From IMG/VR virus record IMGVR_UViG_3300016484_000735, positions 78,418-135,176 of that record: a DNA stretch of 56,759 bases. The stretch is one strand, 5' to 3'. This DNA is from a virus. The notes under the pieces were generated by a model. It had not been told where the DNA came from. It saw only the letters and a program-made list of their open reading frames with translations, and did no database searches. Below, one piece after another: positions 1 through 9,576 of this stretch. Every line of letters begins with the position of its first letter. Position 1 is the stretch's first letter. Both the position numbers and the translations under genes were made by a program.

Positions 1-33
1 GTGTAGGACAGGTGCAGTGGGCAATGGGTCGTG

Positions 34-39
34 TAAATA
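34..39 (+). promoter_or_regulatory. T4-like late promoter core TAAATA (recurring motif)
   Basis: TAAATA occurs at 34, 1389, 4238, 15709, 20466, 26973, 31544, 38142 and 48377 (+) and at 45387-45392 (-), each in an intergenic gap ahead of a gene. Resembles T4 gp55-dependent TATAAATA. Confidence 0.7.
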
Positions 40-97
40 GCTTCATCACCGGGTCTGGAAAAGCACGCAAGGCAGACCACGACCTTTGGGCAAAGGC

Positions 98-475
98 ATG
101 ATTATGGAACATCAAGACGGGATGCCGAACGTGATTCGCGTTCTGCAAATGGCACAACGAGTTTCTCAGTTCTGGCACTGGAAGGTGAAGTCGTTCGCGA
201 TGCACATGGCACTCGGCGAGCTGTATGAGAAGCTTAGGGCGTTCGCAGACGAGCTTGCCGAGATGTACATCGGTGCGCATGGCGACTTCGAACTCCCGCT
301 CTCGGACCCGAACGCGTTCAGCGAACAGGATCCACTCGAGTTCATCACACAACTTTACACAGTTCTCGCTCAGCTTGAGACGACATTCCCACAAGAGGGG
401 TTCCTGGTCAATAAATACCAGGAACTGCAAGGCGAAGTCGCCCGTGTGAAGTACAAACTGGAGAACTTGAAGTGA
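98..475 (+). CDS. Ferritin/Dps-like four-helix-bundle protein
   Basis: HW-x6-H-x2-LGELY...DELAE pattern typical of Dps/ferritin-like ferroxidase helices. Start at ATG 98 or 104; TAAATA at 34-39 upstream. Confidence 0.65.
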   Translation: MIMEHQDGMPNVIRVLQMAQRVSQFWHWKVKSFAMHMALGELYEKLRAFADELAEMYIGAHGDFELPLSDPNAFSEQDPLEFITQLYTVLAQLETTFPQEGFLVNKYQELQGEVARVKYKLENLK

Positions 476-723
476 AGGTATCTGAACTGTTCGAAGACAG
501 CGCGAGCGAGTACGGCATCTACCGCAAAGAGACGTACATCGCCAAGAAGACTACTGAGATCTTCAAGAAGGGTGATGAAGTGTACGTGACCTCGGCGATG
601 CACGCCCCAGAGTACCGCGTGTTCATCAACCCAACCGATGACTCTGAGGCCGACGTTGACGACATCGCTGTGACGTACGATGATCTCGTTGCCGCCGGTA
701 TCAAGGGCACGAAGAAGAAGTAA
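472..723 (+). CDS. Hypothetical protein
   Basis: GTGA overlap with previous gene; phage-like codon usage. Confidence 0.7.
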   Translation: MKVSELFEDSASEYGIYRKETYIAKKTTEIFKKGDEVYVTSAMHAPEYRVFINPTDDSEADVDDIAVTYDDLVAAGIKGTKKK

Positions 724-725
724 TC

Positions 726-1022
726 ATGGCACTGTTCCCAGCATCGAATTCACTGAAGACCGCTCGTGATGATCTGCGCCTTGAGATTCAACGTCTTGAA
801 GCGATCGTAGCGACTGCGCGCGAGTGGACCGAAGCGCTGGAGAAGGATCGCACGCCGATGGGTGCCGCAGACGAGGCAACGTTCGATGCAGCGATGCTGC
901 CGATCGCAACGTCACTCCTCTCGAACATTCGCGCCGAGACGTCGAAGACATCGACGGTCGGGTTGTACCACCGAATCCTGAACGTCCTTGGCATCAAGGC
1001 GAAGACCGAGAGCTACTCATGA
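726..1022 (+). CDS. Hypothetical protein
   Basis: Tightly packed ORF with operon-like spacing. Confidence 0.65.
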   Translation: MALFPASNSLKTARDDLRLEIQRLEAIVATAREWTEALEKDRTPMGAADEATFDAAMLPIATSLLSNIRAETSKTSTVGLYHRILNVLGIKAKTESYS

Positions 1023-1372
1023 GCGGCAAGATCGAAGACACCATCCAGAAGATGGCAGTTTCCATGCTTCACTCGTCGATGCGCGGTACCCGCGTGAATG
1101 ACACTACTGAGCAGATCGAGGCAGCGATCGATAACGGCGACATCGAATCGACGAAGCGCCTTGAGACGGGTGGCGGCGATTGGATTCTCCGTCTGTTTAC
1201 CTGGCCTCGCAAGAACCTCGAAGTCGTCCAAGTGCAGCAGCCTGACAAGGTGATCTGGTACGTGGTGCCTGCGATGGCAGAGTCGAAGCTCACGTTCAAG
1301 ACATGGTACAGCCTCGATGCCGAGCTCAAGGTAGCTCTCGAAGAACACGGCATCACGGTTCACGACGAATAA
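1019..1372 (+). CDS. Hypothetical protein
   Basis: ATGA overlap at 1019-1022 gives the start MSGKIED. Confidence 0.65.
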   Translation: MSGKIEDTIQKMAVSMLHSSMRGTRVNDTTEQIEAAIDNGDIESTKRLETGGGDWILRLFTWPRKNLEVVQVQQPDKVIWYVVPAMAESKLTFKTWYSLDAELKVALEEHGITVHDE

Positions 1373-1430
1373 GCACATCCTGAGGGTGTAAATACTTGTG
1401 TTGTAACACACATCACAGGGTCACCCGCAA

Positions 1431-2012
1431 ATGAAGGTCGTGTACATTCATGGTCTGAACTCTTCAGATCGTAGCTTTGCGTACATCCTTCGGCAGCTTC
1501 CAGAACATGATGCAGTTCGTGTGAACTACAGGTCACACCAGCCGTTGAAAGATTCGATCGCCGAAGTTACACTCCAATTGCCTAAGAGGGGTCCGTTCGC
1601 GATCGTAGGGCACTCACTAGGCGGTGTGATCGGTTCGATCATCGCCACCGAACATCCGAAGGTCTCGAAGCTGATCACGATCAGCTCACCACTCGGCGGG
1701 TCGAAGGCGGCGAACATCCTCCAATGGTTGCCGAATCATCCGCCGTTGGTTCGTGACATCACCCCTCGCGCTCCGTACGTAGAACTTCTTCGTGAGTTCG
1801 AGTTCAAGATCCCGACGTTGAGCATCATCAGCACTGGCGGTTCGCTGCCAACGACGAACGAACCGAACGATTCTGTGGTGACCGTTGCAAGTCAGAAGTC
1901 GATGTTCCACGCTAAGAAGGTCGAAGTGAAAGCGAATCACTTCGAGGTCTTGGTTCACGATGACACGGTTGACCTTGTGAAGATCCACCTATTCGGAGAA
2001 GACAAAGAATGA
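1431..2012 (+). CDS. Alpha/beta hydrolase (lipase/esterase-like)
   Basis: IHGLNS oxyanion motif, GHSLGG nucleophile elbow, NDSVV acid, and ANHF histidine. Confidence 0.85.
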   Translation: MKVVYIHGLNSSDRSFAYILRQLPEHDAVRVNYRSHQPLKDSIAEVTLQLPKRGPFAIVGHSLGGVIGSIIATEHPKVSKLITISSPLGGSKAANILQWLPNHPPLVRDITPRAPYVELLREFEFKIPTLSIISTGGSLPTTNEPNDSVVTVASQKSMFHAKKVEVKANHFEVLVHDDTVDLVKIHLFGEDKE

Positions 2013-2653
2013 TCTACAGCTCGAGCCACAAGTACCATCAGGAAGCTCAGAACAGGCAACTGATGGATTACGCCCTCTGTCTTGATGACCCGAAGAAGTT
2101 CTCATCGCTCATGAAGATCAGCGGCACCCCGTTGGTGCTGAATTCAGAACAAGAGCAGATGATGGACGAGTACCACAAGTTCTCGCGAGTGATCTGCAAG
2201 CATCGGCGACGGGTAGGAGCTTCGACTGTTTCGGCTGTGTACGCGCTGTGGTTTGCTTTGATGAAGCCGCACAAGGTCGTGTCTCTGGTCGCCCCGTCAC
2301 ATGCGTGGGCGATGACCTATATCCAGCTGATCGCTGAGCTGTTCAAGTCGCTGCCGGCACACATGAAGCCGACTGTGGTTCGTAGCACGAAGCACACGAT
2401 CGAGTTCGACAACGGCTCGTCAATCTATGTCATTGCAGCAACCCCAAATGCGCTTCGCGGAATGACGATCGGTCTCCTGATCTTTGCCGACTTCGCGCAC
2501 GTCCCAGATGACGTCGCCGCTGAACTCCTGGCGGTCATCGGTCCGGCGATTGCGACCGGCACTTCGTTGGTGATGTTCTCGGATGACTCAGGAATCTCAT
2601 CAACATTCACAAGCCTCTGGAAGCACTCGCCGTATCATCGTCTCGAAGTATGA
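2009..2653 (+). CDS. Degenerate, truncated paralog of the large terminase ATPase domain
   Basis: Colinear with the N-half of the downstream TerL (LWFA, IEFDNGS, RGMTI), but Walker A GKT->GAS, Walker B DE->AD and STPNG->SDDSG; no nuclease domain. Confidence 0.75.
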   Translation: MIYSSSHKYHQEAQNRQLMDYALCLDDPKKFSSLMKISGTPLVLNSEQEQMMDEYHKFSRVICKHRRRVGASTVSAVYALWFALMKPHKVVSLVAPSHAWAMTYIQLIAELFKSLPAHMKPTVVRSTKHTIEFDNGSSIYVIAATPNALRGMTIGLLIFADFAHVPDDVAAELLAVIGPAIATGTSLVMFSDDSGISSTFTSLWKHSPYHRLEV

Positions 2654-4224
2654 AGAACCCACAACTGAAGCGTGCGCACTCCACGGATGAGTACACACCA
2701 GAGATGGTGATGGAACTCAAGAAGTGCATGGAAGATCCGGTGTACTTCATGCGGAACTATGTGAAGGTGCAGCACCCGAAGAAGGGTACGATCCCATTTG
2801 ATCTGTTCGAGTACCAAGAACGGTTCGTTCGGCACATGCAGGAGAACCGGTTCACGATCACGCTGCAACCTCGTCAGTGCGGCAAGACCGTGACCGCCGC
2901 TATGTACCTCCTGTGGTTCGCGTGCTTCAACCCAGACATGACGGTGCTGATCGCATCGAAGAACCAGAGCCACGCTCTTGAGATCGCATCACGGGTCCGG
3001 TTCGCATACGAAGAACTTCCGAACTGGCTGAAGCCTGGACTGAAGTACTACAACATGCACAAGATCGAACTCGACAACGGTTCGCGGATCATCTCTGAAG
3101 CCACGACCGAGAAGACCGGTCGTGGTCTCTCGATCTCGAAGATGTACCTCGACGAGTTGGCGTTCATCTCGCCGCGCGTTCAAGAACTGCTCTGGGCCTC
3201 GTTGGCTCCGACGCTCTCGACCGGCGGTTCCGCCATCATCTCCTCGACGCCGAACGGCGACACTGAGCTCTTTGCACAGCTCTGGCGTGGTGCGATGTCC
3301 GGTCTCGCAGCGAAGAAGAGCGACGAGGCTCAAGAAGAGCAGATCAACTTCGTCCCATTCCAAGTGAACTGGCGTGAGCATCCGGAGCGTGACGAGAAGT
3401 ACTGGCAGATGATGGTGAACATGCTGGGTCTGCTGAAGACCCGGCAAGAGGTCGGCTGCGAGTTCCTGTCTTCAGACGCGATGCTGCTGAGTTCGATGAA
3501 GCTTCAGCAGATCGTGGACAAAGATCCACTGTACGAAGACATGGGGTTCAAGTTCTGGGTTCCACAGGAGAACATCGGCGGATACGGAAAGCAGTACCTC
3601 GTCTCGTTGGATCCGGCAACTGGATCCGGGAACGACTTCACAGCGATCGAGGTGTTCGAGTTCCCGAGCCTGAAGCAGGTCGCCGAGTGGCGATCGAACG
3701 AGATCAAGATCCCGCTGCTGTACGCGAAGCTGAAGTGGATCCTGAACAAGCTCACTGAGATCAAGGGTCGTGGTCGGGCAGAGTGCCTCTGGACGTTCGA
3801 ACGGAACGGCGTTGGCGAGGCGATCGCTGCGCTGTACATGAACGATGAGAAGCAGCCAGAGTTCGCCGAACTGTACAGCGATGTTCCAGGAAAGTACGGC
3901 GTGTACACCTCTGGCAAGACGAAGATCCTCGCTTGCCTCCAGATGAAGTCATTGATCGAGAAGGTCTCGTCAGGGTTCCAACTGTACTCGAAGTCACTGC
4001 TGTTCGAACTGAAGAACTTCATCGCCAAGGGTGGTTCGTACGAGGCGAAGCAGGGCGCAACTGATGACTGTGTGATGGCGCTGGTTGGCATCACTCGTCT
4101 GATCAAGCGTCTAGCCGACTACGATGAGAACGCGTTCAAGGTTGTGAACGAATACGTTGATCCAGACTCAAACGAAGACCGGGATGACTTCGGAGGTGAC
4201 CCAGTACCATTTGCCGTCTTGTAA
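2650..4224 (+). CDS. terL: Terminase large subunit (T4 gp17-like)
   Basis: PRQCGKT Walker A, YLDELAF Walker B, SSTPNG, nuclease LDPATGSGND and DDCVMAL. Confidence 0.95.
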   Translation: MKNPQLKRAHSTDEYTPEMVMELKKCMEDPVYFMRNYVKVQHPKKGTIPFDLFEYQERFVRHMQENRFTITLQPRQCGKTVTAAMYLLWFACFNPDMTVLIASKNQSHALEIASRVRFAYEELPNWLKPGLKYYNMHKIELDNGSRIISEATTEKTGRGLSISKMYLDELAFISPRVQELLWASLAPTLSTGGSAIISSTPNGDTELFAQLWRGAMSGLAAKKSDEAQEEQINFVPFQVNWREHPERDEKYWQMMVNMLGLLKTRQEVGCEFLSSDAMLLSSMKLQQIVDKDPLYEDMGFKFWVPQENIGGYGKQYLVSLDPATGSGNDFTAIEVFEFPSLKQVAEWRSNEIKIPLLYAKLKWILNKLTEIKGRGRAECLWTFERNGVGEAIAALYMNDEKQPEFAELYSDVPGKYGVYTSGKTKILACLQMKSLIEKVSSGFQLYSKSLLFELKNFIAKGGSYEAKQGATDDCVMALVGITRLIKRLADYDENAFKVVNEYVDPDSNEDRDDFGGDPVPFAVL

Positions 4225-4283
4225 AGCCCCGATCCCATAAATAGGCGGACGTACGATCAAGTCCTTTCCTATAGGGGTCAATA

Positions 4284-6770
4284 ATGCTTCAAGACGGTCT
4301 GCTTCTTGCCGATTCATCGGTTGCAGTGAACTTTCAGATTCAGAACGGGACGGCGTTGCCGAGCACCGGCCTGAACGTTGGCGAGCTGTTCTTCCTCACT
4401 GCCGGTACCTCAACAGAGATCGGCCTTTACGTGTTCGACGGGTCCTCCTGGATCCGTTCGACGAACACGATCTCCTCTTACACGCTCTCCGGCGACCTCG
4501 TCGGCACGATTGACGGCGGCACTGACGCGGTGTCACTGGCAACTGTGAATGGCACTGTCGGCACGTTCGGCGCTGCGAACAAGGCTGCTTCGTTCACTGT
4601 GAACGGCAAGGGCCTGATCACCGCAGCGGCAGAGGCCCCGATTGCGATTGCTGGCTCACAGATCACGTCTGGTGTGATCAGCGACGCTCAGATCTCTCAG
4701 ACGTCGGTGACACAGCACCAAGCGCACATCGCGATCGATGGCTCACAAGTGGTGTCTGGCTCGTTGCCGAATGCACGTATTTCATTTAACTCTGTCGCCC
4801 AACACCAGTCGTCGCTGTGGTTCGACGCGTCGCAGATCACCACCGGCACATTCGATGCTGCCCGCATTGGGCAGACCGGTGTAACACGTCACGAAGCCGC
4901 CCTGACGATCACTGAGAATCAGATCCCGAACTCGACGATCCTCGCTCGTGTCGCAGACAACGAGACGATCACCGGTTCCTGGACGTTCAACACCGGCGTC
5001 GTCGGTGCTACCCCGACTGCGGCATCGCACCTCGCTACGAAGCAGTACGTCGACAACGCAGTGAACGGCCTGTCGTGGAAGCACTCGGTGAAGGTCGGTA
5101 CTACGGCGAACATCACCCTGTCTGGCACGCAGACGATCGACGGTGTCGCAGTCGTTGCTGGGAACCGTGTCCTGGTCAAGGATCAAACGACAGCATCCGA
5201 GAACGGCGTGTACGTCGTGGCAGCTGGCGCTTGGGCACGTTCTACCGACTTCGACGAAGTGTCGCCGATCGACGAGATCAACAGCGCTGCTGTGTTCATT
5301 GAGCAAGGCGCGACGCAAGCTGACACTGGCTGGACTCAGACCGCTACCGTCACGACCGTTGGCTCGGACGCGATCTCGTTCACTCAGTTCTCGGCATCTG
5401 GCGCGTACGTTGGTGGCGCCGGTCTCACGCTGTCTGGGAACACGTTCAACGTTGGTACAGCGTCGGCATCGCGCATCGTCGTGAACGTCGACAACATCGA
5501 CCTCGCTACCGTCACTGATTCTGGCGCAGGTTCGTTCAAGAAGATCACCGTTGACGGGTACGGTCGTGTCACTGGCACCACCGCAGTCGTTGCTGCTGAC
5601 ATCACCGGCCTCTCGCCGTACGCTGCCGGCACTGGTCTCACTCTGACCTCTGGTACGTTCGCTCTCAGCACCCTCGCTGATGCTGGCGCTGGCTCGTTCC
5701 TGAAGATCACTCGTGACTCATACGGTCGTGTGTCTGGTACGACCGCAGTTGCAGCATCTGACATCCTCGGTCTCTCGCCGTACGCTGCTGGTACCGGCCT
5801 CACACTGGCATCTGGCACATTCTCGCTGAACACGCTGGCTGACTCTGGCGCCGGTTCGTTCCTGAAGATCACTCGTGACACGTACGGTCGTGTGTCTGGC
5901 ACTGCTGCCGTGACTACGGCTGACATCACCGCTCTCGTTGGCTCGACGTACGTTGACGTCGCCGGTGACACGATGTCAGGTGCCCTGACTGTGAACAGCA
6001 CGATCACCGCGTCTGGCGCCCTGTCCGCTGCATCGGTTGCTGTGACTAGCAACTCTGGTCCAGCGAACGGTCTGTTCCTGCCAGCAACGAACGCTCTCGG
6101 CATCACGACGAACAGCCTTGAGCGTGTTCGTGTTGACGCTTCTGGCAACGTTGGTGTTGGCACCACGAATCCGGGTTCGAAGCTGCATGTTGCCGGCGGC
6201 GGGATCGCCATTACTAACAGCGCATCAACGGCGTCCCAAACTGCTTACGCAGGGAATGGTACAACAGTCGGGACTTCTGATTTCGTAGTCGGAATGGACT
6301 CGGCGGGCACCGGCGTTCTGTATCAACGCGCCAACAGCCCGATCGTGATCTCGGTGAATGGCGCTGAACGTCTGCGCTTTGGTTCCGATGGTGCGAACTA
6401 CTTCACCGGCACCACGAACTTCAACGGTTCGATCATCGTTGGCACTCACATGTCGACCGGCGGCGGCAGCACCCCGGTGAACACTCTGACGACAACTGCG
6501 ATCGACACGTTCGCCGCAGCAACGTACCGTTCAGCGAAGTACTTCGTGCAGGTCACCGACCAGACGAACTCGCAGTACCACGTTGTCGAGATCTCTGTGA
6601 TGCACGACGGCACGAACGTGTACAAGGTCGAGTACGGTGAGATGACCTCGGCGGCGTCGCTCGGTACGTTCGACGCATCGCTGAGCTCTGGCACTGTCTC
6701 GCTGACGTTCACCGCATCCGCACTCTCTTCGAAGGCAGTGAAGTTCAGCCGAACTCTGATCGCAGTGTAA
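4284..6770 (+). CDS. Tail fibre / fibre-hub virion protein
   Basis: ATKQYVD, TLSGTQTIDGV..RVLVKDQT..ENGVY, ITVDGYGRVT repeats, ERVRVDASGNVG and a C-terminal DTF..YRSAKY domain, all typical of phage fibres. Late promoter at 4238. Confidence 0.85.
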   Translation: MLQDGLLLADSSVAVNFQIQNGTALPSTGLNVGELFFLTAGTSTEIGLYVFDGSSWIRSTNTISSYTLSGDLVGTIDGGTDAVSLATVNGTVGTFGAANKAASFTVNGKGLITAAAEAPIAIAGSQITSGVISDAQISQTSVTQHQAHIAIDGSQVVSGSLPNARISFNSVAQHQSSLWFDASQITTGTFDAARIGQTGVTRHEAALTITENQIPNSTILARVADNETITGSWTFNTGVVGATPTAASHLATKQYVDNAVNGLSWKHSVKVGTTANITLSGTQTIDGVAVVAGNRVLVKDQTTASENGVYVVAAGAWARSTDFDEVSPIDEINSAAVFIEQGATQADTGWTQTATVTTVGSDAISFTQFSASGAYVGGAGLTLSGNTFNVGTASASRIVVNVDNIDLATVTDSGAGSFKKITVDGYGRVTGTTAVVAADITGLSPYAAGTGLTLTSGTFALSTLADAGAGSFLKITRDSYGRVSGTTAVAASDILGLSPYAAGTGLTLASGTFSLNTLADSGAGSFLKITRDTYGRVSGTAAVTTADITALVGSTYVDVAGDTMSGALTVNSTITASGALSAASVAVTSNSGPANGLFLPATNALGITTNSLERVRVDASGNVGVGTTNPGSKLHVAGGGIAITNSASTASQTAYAGNGTTVGTSDFVVGMDSAGTGVLYQRANSPIVISVNGAERLRFGSDGANYFTGTTNFNGSIIVGTHMSTGGGSTPVNTLTTTAIDTFAAATYRSAKYFVQVTDQTNSQYHVVEISVMHDGTNVYKVEYGEMTSAASLGTFDASLSSGTVSLTFTASALSSKAVKFSRTLIAV
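5517..5930 (+). repeat. In-frame 162-bp (54-aa) tandem repeat, about 2.5 copies
   Basis: D-x-GAGSF units start at 5517, 5679 and 5841. Confidence 0.85.
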
Positions 6771-6778
6771 CAATTCTC

Positions 6779-6801
6779 GGGAGGCTTCGGCCTCCCCTTT
6801 T
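6779..6801 (+). terminator. Rho-independent terminator / attenuator hairpin
   Basis: GGGAGGC-TTCG-GCCTCCC followed by CTTTT. Confidence 0.8.
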
Positions 6802-6819
6802 GACGGATAGGGAAGTCAA

Positions 6820-9567
6820 ATGGCTAACAATGTGAACTTCAAGGTCAAGAACGGCCTTGTCATCGGGGGCGATGCGTACCTGAACAACGCTTCGTATCTC
6901 CACGGGAAGTTGCTGAACGGCACGGACACTCGGATGTTCGGCATTAACTCAGCGAACACCCTGTACATCGGATCGATCGACACCGCCACTGGCGGCGATT
7001 GGATCTTCATCAACGGCGCTGAGCGGATGCGGATCAATGCTGCTGGCACCGTCCGCATCAACACGGCGTCGAACCTGAACACAAACGCTCAGTTCAGTGT
7101 ATACGCTTCCGACCAGAAGGTCATGGAGCTGTACTCAGGCGGGTCGTTGACTCGTCTGATGCTAGCGAACGACAACAACCTGAACACAATCGATTCGAAC
7201 AACGGCGCGCTCACGTTCAACTACAATCCTGGCACGCTGACTGAAGCCGGTCGATTCACCGTCGGTGGCGCGTTCACGGTTGGTCGCACCTCACAGTACG
7301 CAACGTACGACATCGCTTCGTTCGAGAAGAGCGCGAATGCCGATTACGGTATCTCGATCAGCAACCAGAACTCGACGGCTGGCTCGTACGCCCGTCTGAC
7401 GCTTGGCGCGTACGGTGCTGACTGGAACCTGCGCGTTGGTGCCGCCGCAACGAACAACACGGCGTTCACGATTGGACGTGCGGCAGTCGAGATGCTGCGC
7501 ATCACCTCAGCTGGCAACGTTGGCATCGGGACCTCAAACCCAAGCGAGCAGCTGCATCTTGGGCGCGCCACGTACCCAACGCTGAAACTCGAAGAAACTA
7601 CGACCGGTAATGTGGTTCTTCTGCAGCACCATTCTGGCGCCAGCGAGACTCAACTGACGGTGGTTGGCGCGTACCCGCTTGTGTTCAAAACTTCCAACAT
7701 CGAGCGTCTGCGGATCTCGGCGGCAGGCAACGTTGGCATCAAGAATATTTCGCCGTCGCATACTGTTGACATCGGGCAATCAACAGATGCAACAAACGAA
7801 CTCTACGTGAATGCCGCAGCATCTGGTGTTGCCCGCGTGTATGCGAACACGTGGGGTACTTCGTCTGCAGCGCTCGTTGCGAACAACTCTTCAAGCGCAA
7901 CTGGCGACGGTGTTCCAGCGAACACATTGGGTATCGCTTTCAACGGCGGCCTCCCAGCAACGTTCGTTGTGAATGCTGTAGAGCGGATGCGCATTGACTC
8001 ATCGGGCAACGTCGGTGTTGGCATCACGCCGAAGACTTGGGGTAGCGACTACCGCGCCGTGGAACTTGGCACCTACGGCCGTCTGTACTCGTCGTCCAAT
8101 GGGAAGACCGGCTTCGCAGCTAATGCGACATTCAACGGCACGAACTGGATTGCTGGCATCACAACCGTAGGTTCGCTGTATGAACAGCCGTTGGACGGAA
8201 GTGGTCACGTCTTCTCCACAGCGGCCAGCACCACGGCCGGCGCGACGATGACGTTCACAGAGCGGATGCGCATCGACTCGTCTGGCAACGTCGGCATCGG
8301 GACGTCGGCACCGACTCGCGCGCTTCATGTTCGCGGCACAGCTGCAAGCGCATCCATCGAAAACACCAGCACTGCAGCTGGGGACTTTGTCGATCTTGCT
8401 ATTGTTGGCAATGACACTACCGGCCGATTCTCAGCATACGGATCTCAACACAGCTCACGAGCCAATCAAGTATGGTTGAATGCTAATACAAGTTCTTCGC
8501 TTGTACTTGGGACCAACAATACAGAGCGGGTGCGCATCACATCGGCTGGCGATGTTGGCATTGGCACTGGATCACCGCAACGGAAGCTCCACGTGGTCGG
8601 CGATGCCGGCATCGCCGTGTCTGATACCGCAACCGGTGCAATCACAACTCTTGCGGCGACAACTACCGTCACGTCGATTGATTGCTACACCACGAATGTT
8701 GCTGGTCAAGCCTTTGTGGTTCGCACGAACAGTACTGGTGGTACTGGTACAGCAGAGCGGTTCCGCATCACATCTACAGGTCAGATCGGTATCAACACCT
8801 CGCTGCCGTCATTTGACTTCGATCTGCAGAAATCACAGAATGCTGCATCGGTGATGCGCGTGTACAACGGGAACACCGGCGCTTCTGCATCCTCGGTGAT
8901 CGTTGCGCAGTCTGACACAGTGACGTTGAACATGTTCGCGAACGGTTCTGGGAACACTCTCGGATCGGTCGCATCGCTGGCTGGTATTCAGGTCACCACG
9001 AACACACCGTTCGGGATCTGGACGAACAACGCTGAACGCATTCGAATCACGGCTTCGTCTGGCTACATTGGCATCAACGGGAATACGAACGGTGTAGTTG
9101 CTGGGCTGCAACACCAACTGGCTCTGTATCACGCTGGTGCGAGCTCAGTGTACGGCATCGGCATCCGTGCGCTGAACAACTCGACGACCACACAGGCCCT
9201 GACGTTCGCGAACGCGTCTGATGCCCAGGTCGGTTGTGTCTCTGTCACCGCTTCGGCAACCACGTACTCGACGACTTCCGATCGCCGCCTGAAGGAGAAC
9301 GTCCAGCCGGCTGGATCGTTCGGTTCGAAGATCGATCAGATCGAGGTCGTCTCGTTTGATTGGAAGGCGGATGGGAAGCATCAAGAGGCCGGGTTCATCG
9401 CTCAAGACCTGTACAAGGTCGCTCCTGATGCTGTCCACGTCGGCGATGCTGATGACGTTGAGGTGCTGAAGCACACCTGGGGTGTCGATGCTTCGAAGCT
9501 CGTACCGATGCTGATCAAGGAAATCCAAGAGCTGCGTGCACGCGTCGCTGCCCTCGAAACCAAGTAA
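6820..9567 (+). CDS. Tail fibre with repeated ERMRI-x-SSGNVGIG modules and C-terminal intramolecular chaperone (peptidase S74-like)
   Basis: Many TERMRIDSSGNVGIG repeats; TSDRRLKEN..GFIAQD..LIKEIQEL at the C-terminus. Confidence 0.9.
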   Translation: MANNVNFKVKNGLVIGGDAYLNNASYLHGKLLNGTDTRMFGINSANTLYIGSIDTATGGDWIFINGAERMRINAAGTVRINTASNLNTNAQFSVYASDQKVMELYSGGSLTRLMLANDNNLNTIDSNNGALTFNYNPGTLTEAGRFTVGGAFTVGRTSQYATYDIASFEKSANADYGISISNQNSTAGSYARLTLGAYGADWNLRVGAAATNNTAFTIGRAAVEMLRITSAGNVGIGTSNPSEQLHLGRATYPTLKLEETTTGNVVLLQHHSGASETQLTVVGAYPLVFKTSNIERLRISAAGNVGIKNISPSHTVDIGQSTDATNELYVNAAASGVARVYANTWGTSSAALVANNSSSATGDGVPANTLGIAFNGGLPATFVVNAVERMRIDSSGNVGVGITPKTWGSDYRAVELGTYGRLYSSSNGKTGFAANATFNGTNWIAGITTVGSLYEQPLDGSGHVFSTAASTTAGATMTFTERMRIDSSGNVGIGTSAPTRALHVRGTAASASIENTSTAAGDFVDLAIVGNDTTGRFSAYGSQHSSRANQVWLNANTSSSLVLGTNNTERVRITSAGDVGIGTGSPQRKLHVVGDAGIAVSDTATGAITTLAATTTVTSIDCYTTNVAGQAFVVRTNSTGGTGTAERFRITSTGQIGINTSLPSFDFDLQKSQNAASVMRVYNGNTGASASSVIVAQSDTVTLNMFANGSGNTLGSVASLAGIQVTTNTPFGIWTNNAERIRITASSGYIGINGNTNGVVAGLQHQLALYHAGASSVYGIGIRALNNSTTTQALTFANASDAQVGCVSVTASATTYSTTSDRRLKENVQPAGSFGSKIDQIEVVSFDWKADGKHQEAGFIAQDLYKVAPDAVHVGDADDVEVLKHTWGVDASKLVPMLIKEIQELRARVAALETK

Positions 9568-9576
9568 GGAAACAAA

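Noticed and set aside
2009-4224. Frameshifted or intron-split single terminase
   Set aside because: The downstream TerL is already complete; the upstream ORF duplicates rather than complements its ATPase domain.
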